Assembly: GCA_050945855.1 (NCBI GenBank)
Contig: JBMNTS010000003.1
Location: forward strand, 8,038 to 72,037
Origin: Christensenellales bacterium
Lineage (GTDB): Bacteria > Bacillota > Clostridia > Christensenellales > DTU072
Direction: 5' to 3'
DNA: 64,000 nucleotides
The notes beneath the pieces were generated by a model. It saw only the letters and a list, made by a program, of their open reading frames with translations, did no database searches and was not told the origin of the DNA. Positions 27,604-36,524 of this stretch are shown here, piece by piece; the first letter of the stretch is position 1; each line of letters begins with the position of its first letter. The translations under genes and the position numbers were made by a program.

Positions 27604-28851
27604 ATGGATTTGGCCGTAATTATCATAGTCAGCCTTTCGCTGGCGGCAAATATAATTTTGCTGATAGTGAGCCGTCTTAAAGGCGAAAACGAATTTAAAA
27701 GAGAGCTTGACAGCGCGGTAAGGGAATTAAAAGCCACCTTTAATACTGCCAACGAATATTCACTTGGCAGGCTGGAAAAGGACAACAAGGATAAGCTGGA
27801 GGAAATAAGCAGATTTATCAAAACCAACGAGGAGCAATTCAAGGAAATTAAAAAGGAATTGGGCGAGGTTATTGACAATTTATTGTCTAAGATTTCCAAT
27901 TCTTTAAGGGAAACAAGAGAGGACAACGCCAAGGCACTGGAAAAGGTAAGGGAAGAAAACACCAAAAAACTGGACGAAATAAGAGGGGTAGTGGATGAAA
28001 AGCTGCAGGAAGGGCTGGAAAACCGCTTTAACGAAAAGTTTAAGGTGATAAGCGAAAGACTGGACAGCGTAAATAAGGGGTTGGGGGAAATGCGCACCCT
28101 TTCCGAGGGCGTAAAAGACATCAAGGTGGTGTTCAGCAATATTAAGCAAAGAGGCACCTGGGGGGAAAGGCATCTTCAAGGTTTGCTGGATGACACCATT
28201 CCCGGTCAATATTACTCACAGCACCAGATACCGGGCATGCCCAAAGACAGCAGGGTGGACTTTGCCATAAGGATGCCAGGCATAGACGAAAAAGAGGTAT
28301 TGCTGCCCGTGGACTGCAAATTTCCCGTGGAGGCGTATACCAAACTGGCGGAGGCATCGGACAACGCGGATATAGCGGGCATAGAGGCGGCGCATAAGGA
28401 ATTTTGCGCGGCAATAAAAAAATCCGCCGCCGATATCAAAAACAAATATATCAATCCCCCGCATACCACCCATTACGCCATAATGTATTTGCCCAGTGAG
28501 GGCATTTACGCCGAAGTATTGCGGGATACCGTATTGGTGGAAGAGGTTTTCAACCGCAATAATATTCTGCCCGCCGGGCCTTCCAGCATACTGGCCATCC
28601 TCAATACCTTAAAGGTGGGTTTCAGAAGCGTGGCGATTCAGAAGTCCGCAAGCGAAATCGTAAACAGCTTTATAGAAATCAAGCGTATGCTTGCCACCTA
28701 CGACTCCCTTATTGACAGGGCAAAGGCAAATATAGACAAAGCCAGCGGCAATATGGACGAGTTTAAGAAAAAAAATGCCACGCTTACTCGCAAGCTTGAC
28801 AAAATTGAAGAACTGGGTATTGAAACGGGGCAGGAATTGCTTGAGGAATAA
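27604..28851 (+). CDS. rmuC: DNA recombination protein RmuC
   Basis: N-terminal TM, long coiled coil, then GTWGE..L..LL and VDFAI..LPVDCKFP nuclease-like core typical of RmuC. Confidence 0.85.
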   Translation: MDLAVIIIVSLSLAANIILLIVSRLKGENEFKRELDSAVRELKATFNTANEYSLGRLEKDNKDKLEEISRFIKTNEEQFKEIKKELGEVIDNLLSKISNSLRETREDNAKALEKVREENTKKLDEIRGVVDEKLQEGLENRFNEKFKVISERLDSVNKGLGEMRTLSEGVKDIKVVFSNIKQRGTWGERHLQGLLDDTIPGQYYSQHQIPGMPKDSRVDFAIRMPGIDEKEVLLPVDCKFPVEAYTKLAEASDNADIAGIEAAHKEFCAAIKKSAADIKNKYINPPHTTHYAIMYLPSEGIYAEVLRDTVLVEEVFNRNNILPAGPSSILAILNTLKVGFRSVAIQKSASEIVNSFIEIKRMLATYDSLIDRAKANIDKASGNMDEFKKKNATLTRKLDKIEELGIETGQELLEE

Positions 28852-28854
28852 GAG

Positions 28855-29502
28855 CTATTCCAGTCTGACGTCGCGGCGGGTAAAGGCAAAGATAAACAAG
28901 CGGGTGACGACGGGCAGAAAAGCCATAAAAAAGGATAGCGCGCCGATGACAATAAGCCCCGCGCCGTATCGGTAGGTATGGGTAAACAATAAGTATCTCA
29001 AGAAATATCTTTTGAATTCCTCTGTCTCTTCCATATACTCTATCTGCAGACCGGGCAGCAGCACAACAAATCCCAGACATAACAAAAATATAAAAATGTA
29101 TTTGTACTGCACGGATGCCCTTACCCGGTTGTCCTTAATCTCTTTGATAACTTTACGGATAGCTAAAGCAAGCAGGGCAATCAGCACGATTACCAGCGCG
29201 GGTACCGCCAGCGTTGCCGCGAAGCGGTAGACGTCCGCGGCGTATAATAAGGTGGGGTCAAGCTCCGCCCCCTGAATAAACTGCCGGTAATAGGCGCCCT
29301 TTTTCCCAAAAAAGGAAAGAGGGTTATACGGATTGTCAAACAGTCCGCCCATGGTCTGTATTCCGTTTATGTCGACGGGGCCCGATACAAGGGGTAAAAA
29401 TAAGCAGGCAAGCATCAGAATAAGACAAACTAAGGAAAATATCGGAAATATCTTTCCGCTGATATATCTCTTAGGTTTTTTACCCGCTCTTCTGGTTTCC
29501 AT
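28855..29502 (-). CDS. Hypothetical integral membrane protein
   Basis: Start set at METRRAGKK (GGAGGAG RBS). About 5 TM segments. The track's upstream extension to 29766 runs through promoter-like AT-rich DNA. Confidence 0.55.
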   Translation of the reverse strand: METRRAGKKPKRYISGKIFPIFSLVCLILMLACLFLPLVSGPVDINGIQTMGGLFDNPYNPLSFFGKKGAYYRQFIQGAELDPTLLYAADVYRFAATLAVPALVIVLIALLALAIRKVIKEIKDNRVRASVQYKYIFIFLLCLGFVVLLPGLQIEYMEETEEFKRYFLRYLLFTHTYRYGAGLIVIGALSFFMAFLPVVTRLFIFAFTRRDVRLE

Positions 29503-29609
29503 AAACTCCTCCGCAGAATTATATATAAACAATAATACTATATTATTGCGCCAAATACAAGTAAAAAGAAAAAAATGCTTATTGCCCTCCATATTGAAAA
29601 TACTTCCGC

Positions 29610-29638
29610 TTGATATTGGCAGTAACCTGTAATATAAT
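29610..29638 (+). promoter_or_regulatory. Distal cysS promoter TTGATA-17-TATAAT
   Basis: Hexamers at 29610-29615 and 29633-29638. Would give a leader of about 145 nt. Confidence 0.5.
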
Positions 29639-29730
29639 AAAGTAAGACGATAGGGTCTTGTCTGTATGCCCCTAAAAAGGACTCCATAAGAGCAAAATCG
29701 CATAAGAAAAAGTCCGTTAAAGCAAATCAT

Positions 29731-29759
29731 TTGTATTTTGATTGTTAATAATGTATAAT
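29731..29759 (+). promoter_or_regulatory. Proximal cysS promoter TTGTAT-17-TATAAT
   Basis: Hexamers at 29731-29736 and 29754-29759. Confidence 0.55.
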
Positions 29760-29787
29760 AGAACAAAATATTTTATAACAGGTAAAA

Positions 29788-31182
29788 ATGAGTTTAAAAG
29801 TTTATAATACCCTAAGCGGAAAAAAAGAAAAGTTTGTATCCATTACCCCCGATGTGGTAAAAATGTATTCCTGCGGTCCTACCGTCTATACTTACGCGCA
29901 TATCGGCAACTTGCGCACTTATGTTTTTATGGACCTTATCAGAAGAGTGCTTGCCTATAACGGCTATAAAATTAAGGGCGTAATCAATATCACCGACGTG
30001 GGGCATTTGCTGAGCGATTCGGACGAAGGCGAAGACAAAATGGTCAAAGCCAGCAGAGAGCAGAAAAAGCAGCCTCTGGAGATAGCCGAAGAGATTACCA
30101 GGGTGTTTTTTGAGGACCTTGCCAAGCTCAATATCGGCAAGCCCGAGATAATAGCCAAGGCGACGGACCATATAGGCGAAATGATAGATTATGTGGCGGC
30201 GCTTGAAAAGGGCGGGTTTGCCTATGAGACAAGCGACGGCATTTACTTTGATATTTCCGCGTTTCCCGATTACGGCAAACTTTCGGGGATTAACCTGGAG
30301 GACCAGCTGGCGGGCGCCAGAGTGGATGTCAACAGCGAAAAAAGGCATCCCGCGGACTTTGCGCTCTGGAAAAAGGCGGAGCCCAACCACATTATGCAGT
30401 GGCCCAGCCCGTGGGGGATGGGATATCCCGGGTGGCATATAGAATGCTCGGCAATGAGTCAAAAATATCTGGGACGGTTGTTCGATATCCACAGCGGAGG
30501 AGTAGACCACATACCCATTCATCACGAAAACGAAATCGCGCAAAACGAGGCGCTTACCGGCAAAAGAAGCGTCAATTACTGGATGCATGGGGAATTTATG
30601 CTGGTGGACGGCGGCAAAATGAGCAAAAGTCTCAACAACACCTATACCATAGCGCAGTTGGAGCAGCGCGGGTATGAGCCGCTGGATTTCAGATTTTTCT
30701 GCCTTAACGCGCATTACCGCAAAAAGCTCAATTTCACCTTTGAGGGGTTGAAAGCGGCAAAAGTGGCAAGAGAAAGACTGTGCGCCCAACTGCTTGCGCA
30801 CAAAGACGCTCCCGGCAGCACGGACGCGCGACTGCTGGAGGATTACAAAGACCAATTTATGAGCGCGATTAATGACGATATCAATATCCCCAAGGCTTTG
30901 GGCATCCTGTTTACCATGCTTAAAGAGCCTAAGAGCAACGATATCTACAAGCTGGCGCTTTTTATGGACGGGGTGTTCGGGCTGAGCCTGGATAAGGCAA
31001 AACTGCCCCAAAAAGAGGAGGAGGAAAGCGCGCCTCCCGAGGTCACCGCATTGGCCGAACAACGCTTTAGAGCAAAAAAAGAGCAAAATTTCGGGGAAGC
31101 GGACAAGCTCAGAGAGCGCATAAACGCGCTGGGTTACGCGATAATGGACACAAAAGAAGGTTTTAAGCTTACAAAGCTGTAA
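29788..31182 (+). CDS. cysS: Cysteine--tRNA ligase
   Basis: CGPTVYTYAHIGNLR (HIGH region), KMSKSLNN (KMSKS), 464 aa. Confidence 0.95.
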   Translation: MSLKVYNTLSGKKEKFVSITPDVVKMYSCGPTVYTYAHIGNLRTYVFMDLIRRVLAYNGYKIKGVINITDVGHLLSDSDEGEDKMVKASREQKKQPLEIAEEITRVFFEDLAKLNIGKPEIIAKATDHIGEMIDYVAALEKGGFAYETSDGIYFDISAFPDYGKLSGINLEDQLAGARVDVNSEKRHPADFALWKKAEPNHIMQWPSPWGMGYPGWHIECSAMSQKYLGRLFDIHSGGVDHIPIHHENEIAQNEALTGKRSVNYWMHGEFMLVDGGKMSKSLNNTYTIAQLEQRGYEPLDFRFFCLNAHYRKKLNFTFEGLKAAKVARERLCAQLLAHKDAPGSTDARLLEDYKDQFMSAINDDINIPKALGILFTMLKEPKSNDIYKLALFMDGVFGLSLDKAKLPQKEEEESAPPEVTALAEQRFRAKKEQNFGEADKLRERINALGYAIMDTKEGFKLTKL

Positions 31183-31233
31183 AATGCGCTAAAATCTTTT
31201 GTGAAAAATAAGCAAAAAAACAAAAAATCGGTA

Positions 31234-31262
31234 TTGACAAACATTTCTACATCGTCTATAAT
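31234..31262 (+). promoter_or_regulatory. Consensus promoter TTGACA-17-TATAAT
   Basis: Hexamers at 31234-31239 and 31257-31262, upstream of the 148-aa gene. Confidence 0.65.
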
Positions 31263-31299
31263 TATTATGCTAAGGTATAGTTAGGAGGTCTAATGTATA

Positions 31300-31746
31300 A
31301 TGAAAAGCAATAAGACGCTATATGAAACCGCTCTGGAAGTCGCCTATAACGACAGAAAAGAAATAATGCAAAAAGACGACAGCCACAAAGTTCTTCTTTA
31401 TAGGGAAGTCTTTTCTCCCGAGTACACAGGCTACGAATATGCGTACGAAGGCGCGCAGGGGCAAAGGGAAGAGTATCTGAAAGAAGAAAACAAGAGCACC
31501 GAATTGCAGAAATACTGGGACCGCTACTATAACGGCAATCGCGAAGTAAAATTTGCTCCTACCCTTTTCACACAGGGCGCACAGGCGCAGGAGAGCGCGC
31601 CGCAGACGGAGGTTACAAAAAAAAACGTTGATATGGACAATTACATTTCTAAAGGCAAAGCCAGAGCAAAAGCCTTCTTGTGGGCTGTAATAGGTATAAT
31701 TATAGGAGGAGGAGCGGTGTTCGCCGCTTACCGTTTCTTCCTGTAA
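31300..31746 (+). CDS. Hypothetical tail-anchored membrane protein
   Basis: 148 aa with a single C-terminal TM FLWAVIGIIIGGGAVFAAYRFFL. GGAGG RBS and a consensus promoter upstream. Confidence 0.55.
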   Translation: MKSNKTLYETALEVAYNDRKEIMQKDDSHKVLLYREVFSPEYTGYEYAYEGAQGQREEYLKEENKSTELQKYWDRYYNGNREVKFAPTLFTQGAQAQESAPQTEVTKKNVDMDNYISKGKARAKAFLWAVIGIIIGGGAVFAAYRFFL

Positions 31747-31764
31747 GAGTAGCGTTATCTATAT

Positions 31765-31792
31765 GCACCCGGCAATATGCTGGGTGCTTTTT
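31765..31792 (+). terminator. Intrinsic terminator after the 148-aa gene
   Basis: GCACCC-ggcaatatgct-GGGTGC followed by TTTTT. Confidence 0.7.
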
Positions 31793-31816
31793 AATTTATA
31801 GCGCCGGAGGATAAAA

Positions 31817-32371
31817 TTGGAAATACGGCAAAAAGCTGATAAAAAAGAATTCTATAAATGCAACCTGTACTATTTGCGTAAGTATTTCGGTCTGAAGGAA
31901 TTGATAATGTCCGTCCTGCTTTTGGTTGCTGGGCTGGTCTTATATTTTTCTTTCGGCAATTATCTGATTCTTGTTTTGTTTTTCATATTTTGCGCCGTAG
32001 CGGCTATCGCTTTTGTCTTTTACGGCTATACGGTATTCAAAGGCTGGCAATTGGAGTACGAAAAGCCAGGCGTGTCCCACATAGTATTGCGGTTTGGCGA
32101 AGACAGCGTATATTTTTGCGATTTAATTGACGAGGCGGGCAAAAAAGTATCAGCCGACCAATTCGACTTAAAGAATACGGATAAGGTGGCTTTCCTGAAA
32201 GGCAAAACCTATCTTTATCAGGGGGCGGCCAGTATGTTTTATATCTTTCCGGACAGCTTTACAAAGGGAGAATATGAGGAGTTCCGGAAAAAATTATCCC
32301 TCACGCTGGAGGGGGATAAATTCCGCATGAAAACAAAAAGAAAGGTTTTCCCCAAGCCCGTTATTAAATAA
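31817..32371 (+). CDS. YcxB-like membrane protein (two TM helices plus a cytoplasmic domain)
   Basis: TTG start 5 nt after GGAGGA. Two adjacent TM helices, then a soluble domain. Architecture of the YcxB/DUF1648-like family (tentative). Confidence 0.5.
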   Translation: MEIRQKADKKEFYKCNLYYLRKYFGLKELIMSVLLLVAGLVLYFSFGNYLILVLFFIFCAVAAIAFVFYGYTVFKGWQLEYEKPGVSHIVLRFGEDSVYFCDLIDEAGKKVSADQFDLKNTDKVAFLKGKTYLYQGAASMFYIFPDSFTKGEYEEFRKKLSLTLEGDKFRMKTKRKVFPKPVIK

Positions 32372-32503
32372 TCTTACGGTTTTTAATCGGATTATTATGC
32401 TGCAAGCACAGTTTTTACTGTGTTTTTTTGTTTTTATTGTAAAAATAAATGCGTTTTTTTTATGCTTAGTGTATAATGGCAAAAAGGTCACAGGAGGCTG
32501 AAT

Positions 32504-33787
32504 ATGGACAAATACAAATTCGAAACTCTACAGATACACGCAGGCCAAGAAACTCCGGACAGCGCTACGGGCGCCAGAGCGGTACCCATTTACACTACGA
32601 CCTCCTACGTTTTTGAGGACTGCGCGGACGCCGCGGCCCGCTTTGACCTGAAAAAGGCAGGGCAGATTTATACAAGGCTGGGCAATCCTACCACCGATGT
32701 CTTTGAAGCACGAATGGCGGCTTTGGAAGGAGGAATAGGCGCGCTGGCAACCTCTTCGGGCAGTTCGGCGATAGCGTACGCAATACAAAATATTGCCCCC
32801 ATGGGGAGTCATATCGTGTCCTCCGTCAATCTATACGGCGGCACCTTCAACATGTTTAAAAACACTTTCGCGGATATGGGTATTGACGTCACCTTCGTGG
32901 ACGGCGGCGCCCAGGCGTATGAAAAGGCGATAAAAGAAAATACCAAGGCGGTTTTTCTGGAAAGTTTGGGCAATCCCAACTCCGACGTTCCGGATATAGA
33001 GGCTATCGCGAAAGCGGCGCACGCTCACGGCATCCCTCTGATTGTGGACAACACCTTTGCCTCTCCTTATCTGTTAAGGCCGATTGAGCACGGCGCGGAC
33101 ATAGTGGTGCATTCCGCCACCAAGTTTATAGGCGGTCACGGCACGGTAATAGGCGGCGTTATTGTGGACGGCGGCAAATTCGATTGGGAACAAAACGACA
33201 AATTTCCCGGACTCACTACGCCCAACCCCAGTTATCACGGAGTAGTTTTCACTAAGGCGGTGGGGGCAATGTCCTACCTGATAAAATTGCGCACCACGCT
33301 TATGAGAGATTTGGGAGCGTGCATAAGTCCTTTTAATTCCTTCCTGTTGCTTCAGGGGCTGGAAACGCTGTCCTTAAGACTGGAGAGGCACACGCAAAAC
33401 GCGCTTAAAGTTGTGGATTATCTGCACGCTCACCCCGAAGTTGAAAAGGTCAATCACCCTGCGCTTGCCGAGCATCCCGACCATAAGCTGTACGAAAAAT
33501 ACTTTGCAAACGGCGGCGGCTCCATATTTACCATAGAGGTCAAGGGCGGAGCGGAGCGCGCAAGGAAATTCTGCGAAAGCTTAAAGCTGTTTTCCCTGCT
33601 TGCCAACGTAGCCGATGTCAAGTCCCTTGTTATCCATCCCGCTTCCACCACGCATTCGCAACTGGACGAGGCGGAACTGGCGTCTTGCGGCATAAAACCG
33701 AATACGGTAAGGCTGTCCATAGGCATAGAGCATATCGAGGATATTATTGCCGACATCCGCCAAGCTTTGGAAAAGAGCGGCGCATAG
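32504..33787 (+). CDS. metY: O-acetylhomoserine aminocarboxypropyltransferase/sulfhydrylase
   Basis: FETLQIHAGQ, HSATKFIGGHG (PLP-Lys), 427 aa. The last codons and the stop lie inside repeat copy C. Confidence 0.92.
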   Translation: MDKYKFETLQIHAGQETPDSATGARAVPIYTTTSYVFEDCADAAARFDLKKAGQIYTRLGNPTTDVFEARMAALEGGIGALATSSGSSAIAYAIQNIAPMGSHIVSSVNLYGGTFNMFKNTFADMGIDVTFVDGGAQAYEKAIKENTKAVFLESLGNPNSDVPDIEAIAKAAHAHGIPLIVDNTFASPYLLRPIEHGADIVVHSATKFIGGHGTVIGGVIVDGGKFDWEQNDKFPGLTTPNPSYHGVVFTKAVGAMSYLIKLRTTLMRDLGACISPFNSFLLLQGLETLSLRLERHTQNALKVVDYLHAHPEVEKVNHPALAEHPDHKLYEKYFANGGGSIFTIEVKGGAERARKFCESLKLFSLLANVADVKSLVIHPASTTHSQLDEAELASCGIKPNTVRLSIGIEHIEDIIADIRQALEKSGA

Positions 33788-33798
33788 CGGCGCACTCT
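33773..33798 (+). repeat. Short copy C of the same element head, spanning the metY stop codon
   Basis: AAGAGCGGCGCATAGCGGCGCAC is 20/21 identical to the copy B head. The TAG inside it (33785-33787) is the metY stop. Confidence 0.65.
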
Positions 33799-33865
33799 GC
33801 AAAGAGCAGAAACAATACGAAAAAGCCTGATATTCCTAAGATTATTCGGCTTGAATTGTTACAGT

Positions 33866-33895
33866 AAAGGGCTTTTTCCGTAAAAAAGCCCTTCT
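33866..33895 (+). terminator. Terminator-like hairpin after metY, distal to repeat copy C
   Basis: AAGGGCTTTTT-ccgt-AAAAAGCCCTT with a weak U tail. Confidence 0.5.
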
Positions 33896-33983
33896 ACTTA
33901 TAGTTTTCCGCATCAGGAGCAAATACAACAAATAAATTATATGATATAATATCTTATAAAGATAGGATATGGAGGGTAAAATA

Positions 33984-34361
33984 ATGACGCCGTTTTTTAA
34001 GTACAGAAATTTTAATATAGCGTTGATTGTATTTCTCTGTCTGTTTGCCCTGCTTTACGGGGCAGCGCTCCTACTGCCCCGGTTTGAGGCCATGGGGCTG
34101 GGAGTACCCGCTAAGGCGTTTAAAATATACGGTCTCCCCGATTTTTGGGCGCTCGTCATCGTCGCCGTTTTTCTTGCCGCCGCGATAATAAGGCAGTTTA
34201 ACGCGCGCAACAATACCGTAAGGGTTATTTGCGTTCTTATATTTGTTTACTACATAAATACGGCAGTTGCCAGTTTTTTTCTTTTCGAATTCAGCCTCGC
34301 CGTACCTTTCGCCCTTATTTCCGCGGCCGTTTCCTTGCTCGCTTTTAAGGTTTCGCGCTAA
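33984..34361 (+). CDS. Hypothetical small membrane protein (4 TM)
   Basis: Start at MTPFFKY, using the GGAGGG inside the track's 5-codon extension as RBS. Confidence 0.5.
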   Translation: MTPFFKYRNFNIALIVFLCLFALLYGAALLLPRFEAMGLGVPAKAFKIYGLPDFWALVIVAVFLAAAIIRQFNARNNTVRVICVLIFVYYINTAVASFFLFEFSLAVPFALISAAVSLLAFKVSR

Positions 34362-34385
34362 ACTCTCCGAAAGCGGATAAAATTC

Positions 34386-34414
34386 TTGACAAAAATATAC
34401 AGCGGGCATATAAT
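34386..34414 (+). promoter_or_regulatory. Consensus promoter TTGACA-17-TATAAT (TM1266-like/ABC operon)
   Basis: Hexamers at 34386-34391 and 34409-34414. Confidence 0.65.
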
Positions 34415-34569
34415 ATAGGTAATCTGACTCAATGAGATATTCGGAGACAAAGATTATTGACCTAAAATAAATTTCCCCATTCTATAAAAAGAAAGCGGAA
34501 ATTGCATAAGTAAGTTAGTAATTTTTGCCGTCCGAAATATACCGGACGGTTTTTTATTAGGAGAAAAAT
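34415..34569 (+). promoter_or_regulatory. Unclassified 5' leader with a terminator/antiterminator architecture (candidate riboswitch or protein-dependent attenuator)
   Basis: Consensus promoter at 34386-34414. Helix AGGUAAUCU/AGAUUA..CCU. Hairpin AAUUUCC-20 nt-GGAAAUU. GGAAAUU can alternatively pair with AAUUUUUGCC, which overlaps the terminator stem CCGUCCG/CGGACGG followed by U6 (34527-34556). Confidence 0.55.
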
Positions 34570-34824
34570 ATGAAAAGAATAGGCGTAATAGGGATAGTAA
34601 TCGAAAACAACAGGGAAAGCGTGCCCGAGGTGCAGACAGCGCTCAGCGAATACGCGCGCCTTATCAAAGGCAGGATGGGACTGCCTGACAGGGAAAACGG
34701 CATTTACGTAATAAGCGTTATCGTGGAAGGGAGCAACGAGCAGATTACCGCGCTTACGGGCAGGCTGGGGCGAATAAAAAACGTTAACGTAAAATCCGCC
34801 CTTACCAAGGTTACCCTGGAGTAA
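34570..34824 (+). CDS. TM1266-family small ACT/NikR-C-like protein (annotated elsewhere as putative iron-only hydrogenase system regulator)
   Basis: 84 aa. IGIVIENNRES...LSEY..LI.GRMGLP....GIYVISVIVEG....I.ALTGRLGRI.NV.VKS matches my memory of the TM1266 family pattern. Confidence 0.7.
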   Translation: MKRIGVIGIVIENNRESVPEVQTALSEYARLIKGRMGLPDRENGIYVISVIVEGSNEQITALTGRLGRIKNVNVKSALTKVTLE

Positions 34825-34864
34825 TTAATAAAAATAAAAGATAAAACTAATAAAGGAGAGAAAA

Positions 34865-35803
34865 ATGAAAAAGTTTTTAGTTTTCGTTATAGCTATTGTG
34901 TTATGCGCAGGTATCCTTGCCGCGTGCAACACTCCTACCGAAGATACCCCCGTCAGTATAGCCACGCTTTCCGGCCCGTCGGGAATGGGTATGGCGTATA
35001 TGTTCGATAATCAGAATTTTGACATAAGCGTGTTTACCGCGCCCGACCAAATCAGCGCCAAAATCATTAAGGGCGAAATAGATATCGCAAGCGTGCCCGC
35101 CAACCTTGCGGCGGTACTGTACAACAAAACGGATGGCGGCATCAAAATTCTTTCGGTCAACACTCTGGGGATGCTTTATGTAATCGGGACAAAGGACGAG
35201 GCGGTGGAAAACATTGCCGACCTTGAAGGCAAAACCTTGTACGCCACGGGCAGAGGGGCTACTCCGGAATATGTAATCAATGAAATAATCGCTAAAAACG
35301 AGGTGGAAACCGCGGTTGAGTATCTTGCGGAGCATTCCGCCCTTGCGTCCGACCTTATTCAGGGCAGAAAGAGCCTGGGTGTGTTGCCCGAACCTTTTGT
35401 GTCCATGGCTTTGCAGGGCAACGCCGACCTTGAAATTAAAATTGACCTTAACGAGGAATGGAAAGCCCTATACGGGCAAGATGCGGCGATACCCATGACC
35501 GCCACAATAGTGAGAAAAGCGTATCTTGCGGACAACGCGGATAAAATCGCGGCCTTTGCGGACGCGTACCGTGAGAGCGTGGATAAAGTAAACGCCAATC
35601 CTGCCGACGCGGCGGAGCTTATAGCCACGCATGAGGTGTTTGCCAATAAGGCGGTTGCCGTGCAGGCTATTCCCCGCTGCAATATCGGTTATATTGACGG
35701 CGAAAATATGCAAGCGGTACTTGAGGATTATTTTACGGTATTGTTTGATGCCAACCCGCAGGCTGTAGGCGGCAGCATGCCCAATGGCGATATTTATGCG
35801 TAA
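34865..35803 (+). CDS. ABC transporter substrate-binding lipoprotein (NitT/TauT, NMT1/SsuA-like)
   Basis: Lipobox ILAACN. Periplasmic-binding-protein type-2 pattern. Precedes a cognate permease and ATPase. Confidence 0.75.
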   Translation: MKKFLVFVIAIVLCAGILAACNTPTEDTPVSIATLSGPSGMGMAYMFDNQNFDISVFTAPDQISAKIIKGEIDIASVPANLAAVLYNKTDGGIKILSVNTLGMLYVIGTKDEAVENIADLEGKTLYATGRGATPEYVINEIIAKNEVETAVEYLAEHSALASDLIQGRKSLGVLPEPFVSMALQGNADLEIKIDLNEEWKALYGQDAAIPMTATIVRKAYLADNADKIAAFADAYRESVDKVNANPADAAELIATHEVFANKAVAVQAIPRCNIGYIDGENMQAVLEDYFTVLFDANPQAVGGSMPNGDIYA

Positions 35804-36524
35804 ACTTACGGGCGCGGCGGTGCTGCTGTTCTGGATCGCGCTTTGGCAGGCGGCGGGTATGATTATCGCCAATCCGCTGATTCTGCCCACCCCCGTTCAG
35901 GCGGTCAGCCTGTTGTTTAAGCTGCTGCCGCAGGCAGATTTTTGGAGAGATATCGGGCATACCCTGTTCAGAGTAGCGGCAGGGCTTAGCCTCTCCATAG
36001 TCGCCGGGGTATTGATTGCCCTGCTCGCGCACAAATCCGGGCTTGCCTATCATCTGATACGCCCCATAATGAGCACGGTAAAAACGGTGCCCGTCATGAG
36101 CCTGATATTGTTGTTTTTGGTGTTTATGCGCTCACCGGTCGTGCCCGTAGCCATATGCGTAATGGCTTGTTTGCCCATAGTGTTCACCAATATATATGAG
36201 GCTTTGAACAATGTGGATAAAAAACTTATCGAGATGGGAAAAACTTTCGGACTCTCCGCGCAAAAGACCTTTTTTAAAGTCATTGCGCCTCAAATCAAGC
36301 CGTATTTCAGCTCCGCGGTAATGCTTTGCGCGGGCTTCAGCTGGAAAACGGTGGTTACCGCCGAAGTGCTTTCCATTCCCGCAAGCTCCATAGGCTTCAA
36401 CCTTTATCTCAGCAAAACCTACCTTGACACCCCGCTGTTGTTCGCTTGGACTATCGCAATCATTGTCATAAGCGTAATTATCGAAAAAGCGATAAAGGCC
36501 GCATTAAGGGGGGACAGGTTATGA
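35796..36524 (+). CDS. ABC transporter permease (NitT/TauT family)
   Basis: 6 TM, binding-protein-dependent transport signature region (MGKTFGLS..FFKVIAPQIKP). Start is either 35784 or 35796, overlapping the upstream stop. Confidence 0.8.
   Translation: MRKLTGAAVLLFWIALWQAAGMIIANPLILPTPVQAVSLLFKLLPQADFWRDIGHTLFRVAAGLSLSIVAGVLIALLAHKSGLAYHLIRPIMSTVKTVPVMSLILLFLVFMRSPVVPVAICVMACLPIVFTNIYEALNNVDKKLIEMGKTFGLSAQKTFFKVIAPQIKPYFSSAVMLCAGFSWKTVVTAEVLSIPASSIGFNLYLSKTYLDTPLLFAWTIAIIVISVIIEKAIKAALRGDRL

Noticed and set aside
29503-29787. A possible T-box or other riboswitch in the 285-bp region upstream of cysS.
   Set aside because: No T-box sequence (AAnnnGGGTGGTACCGCG-like), no specifier-loop architecture and no terminator before the start codon. 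The region is explained by two sigma-A promoters for cysS plus the divergent promoter.
29812-31086. A 424-aa ORF antisense to cysS. Similar long antisense ORFs occur at 54302-55621 (439 aa), 6575-7678 (367 aa), 53115-54026, 44443-45291, 40032-40868, 26205-26999 and 50245-50973.
   Set aside because: Each lies fully inside a confidently identified gene on the other strand. The translations are low-complexity and Arg/Gly/His-rich with no motifs, RBS or promoter. This pattern is the usual by-product of codon bias leaving the antisense frame free of stops. They are not evidence of overlapping genes.
34415-34569. Assigning the leader to a known riboswitch class. TPP is the class expected for NMT1/THI5-like importers. 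preQ1-I was considered because of CCCAUUCUAUAAAAAG, and guanidine-III because of ACCGGACGG.
   Set aside because: The TPP CUGAGA/ACCUGAUCUGGAUAAUGCCAGCG cores are absent. The preQ1-like string has no 5' partner for P1. CCGGACGG is simply the terminator arm. The leader is kept as an unclassified leader.
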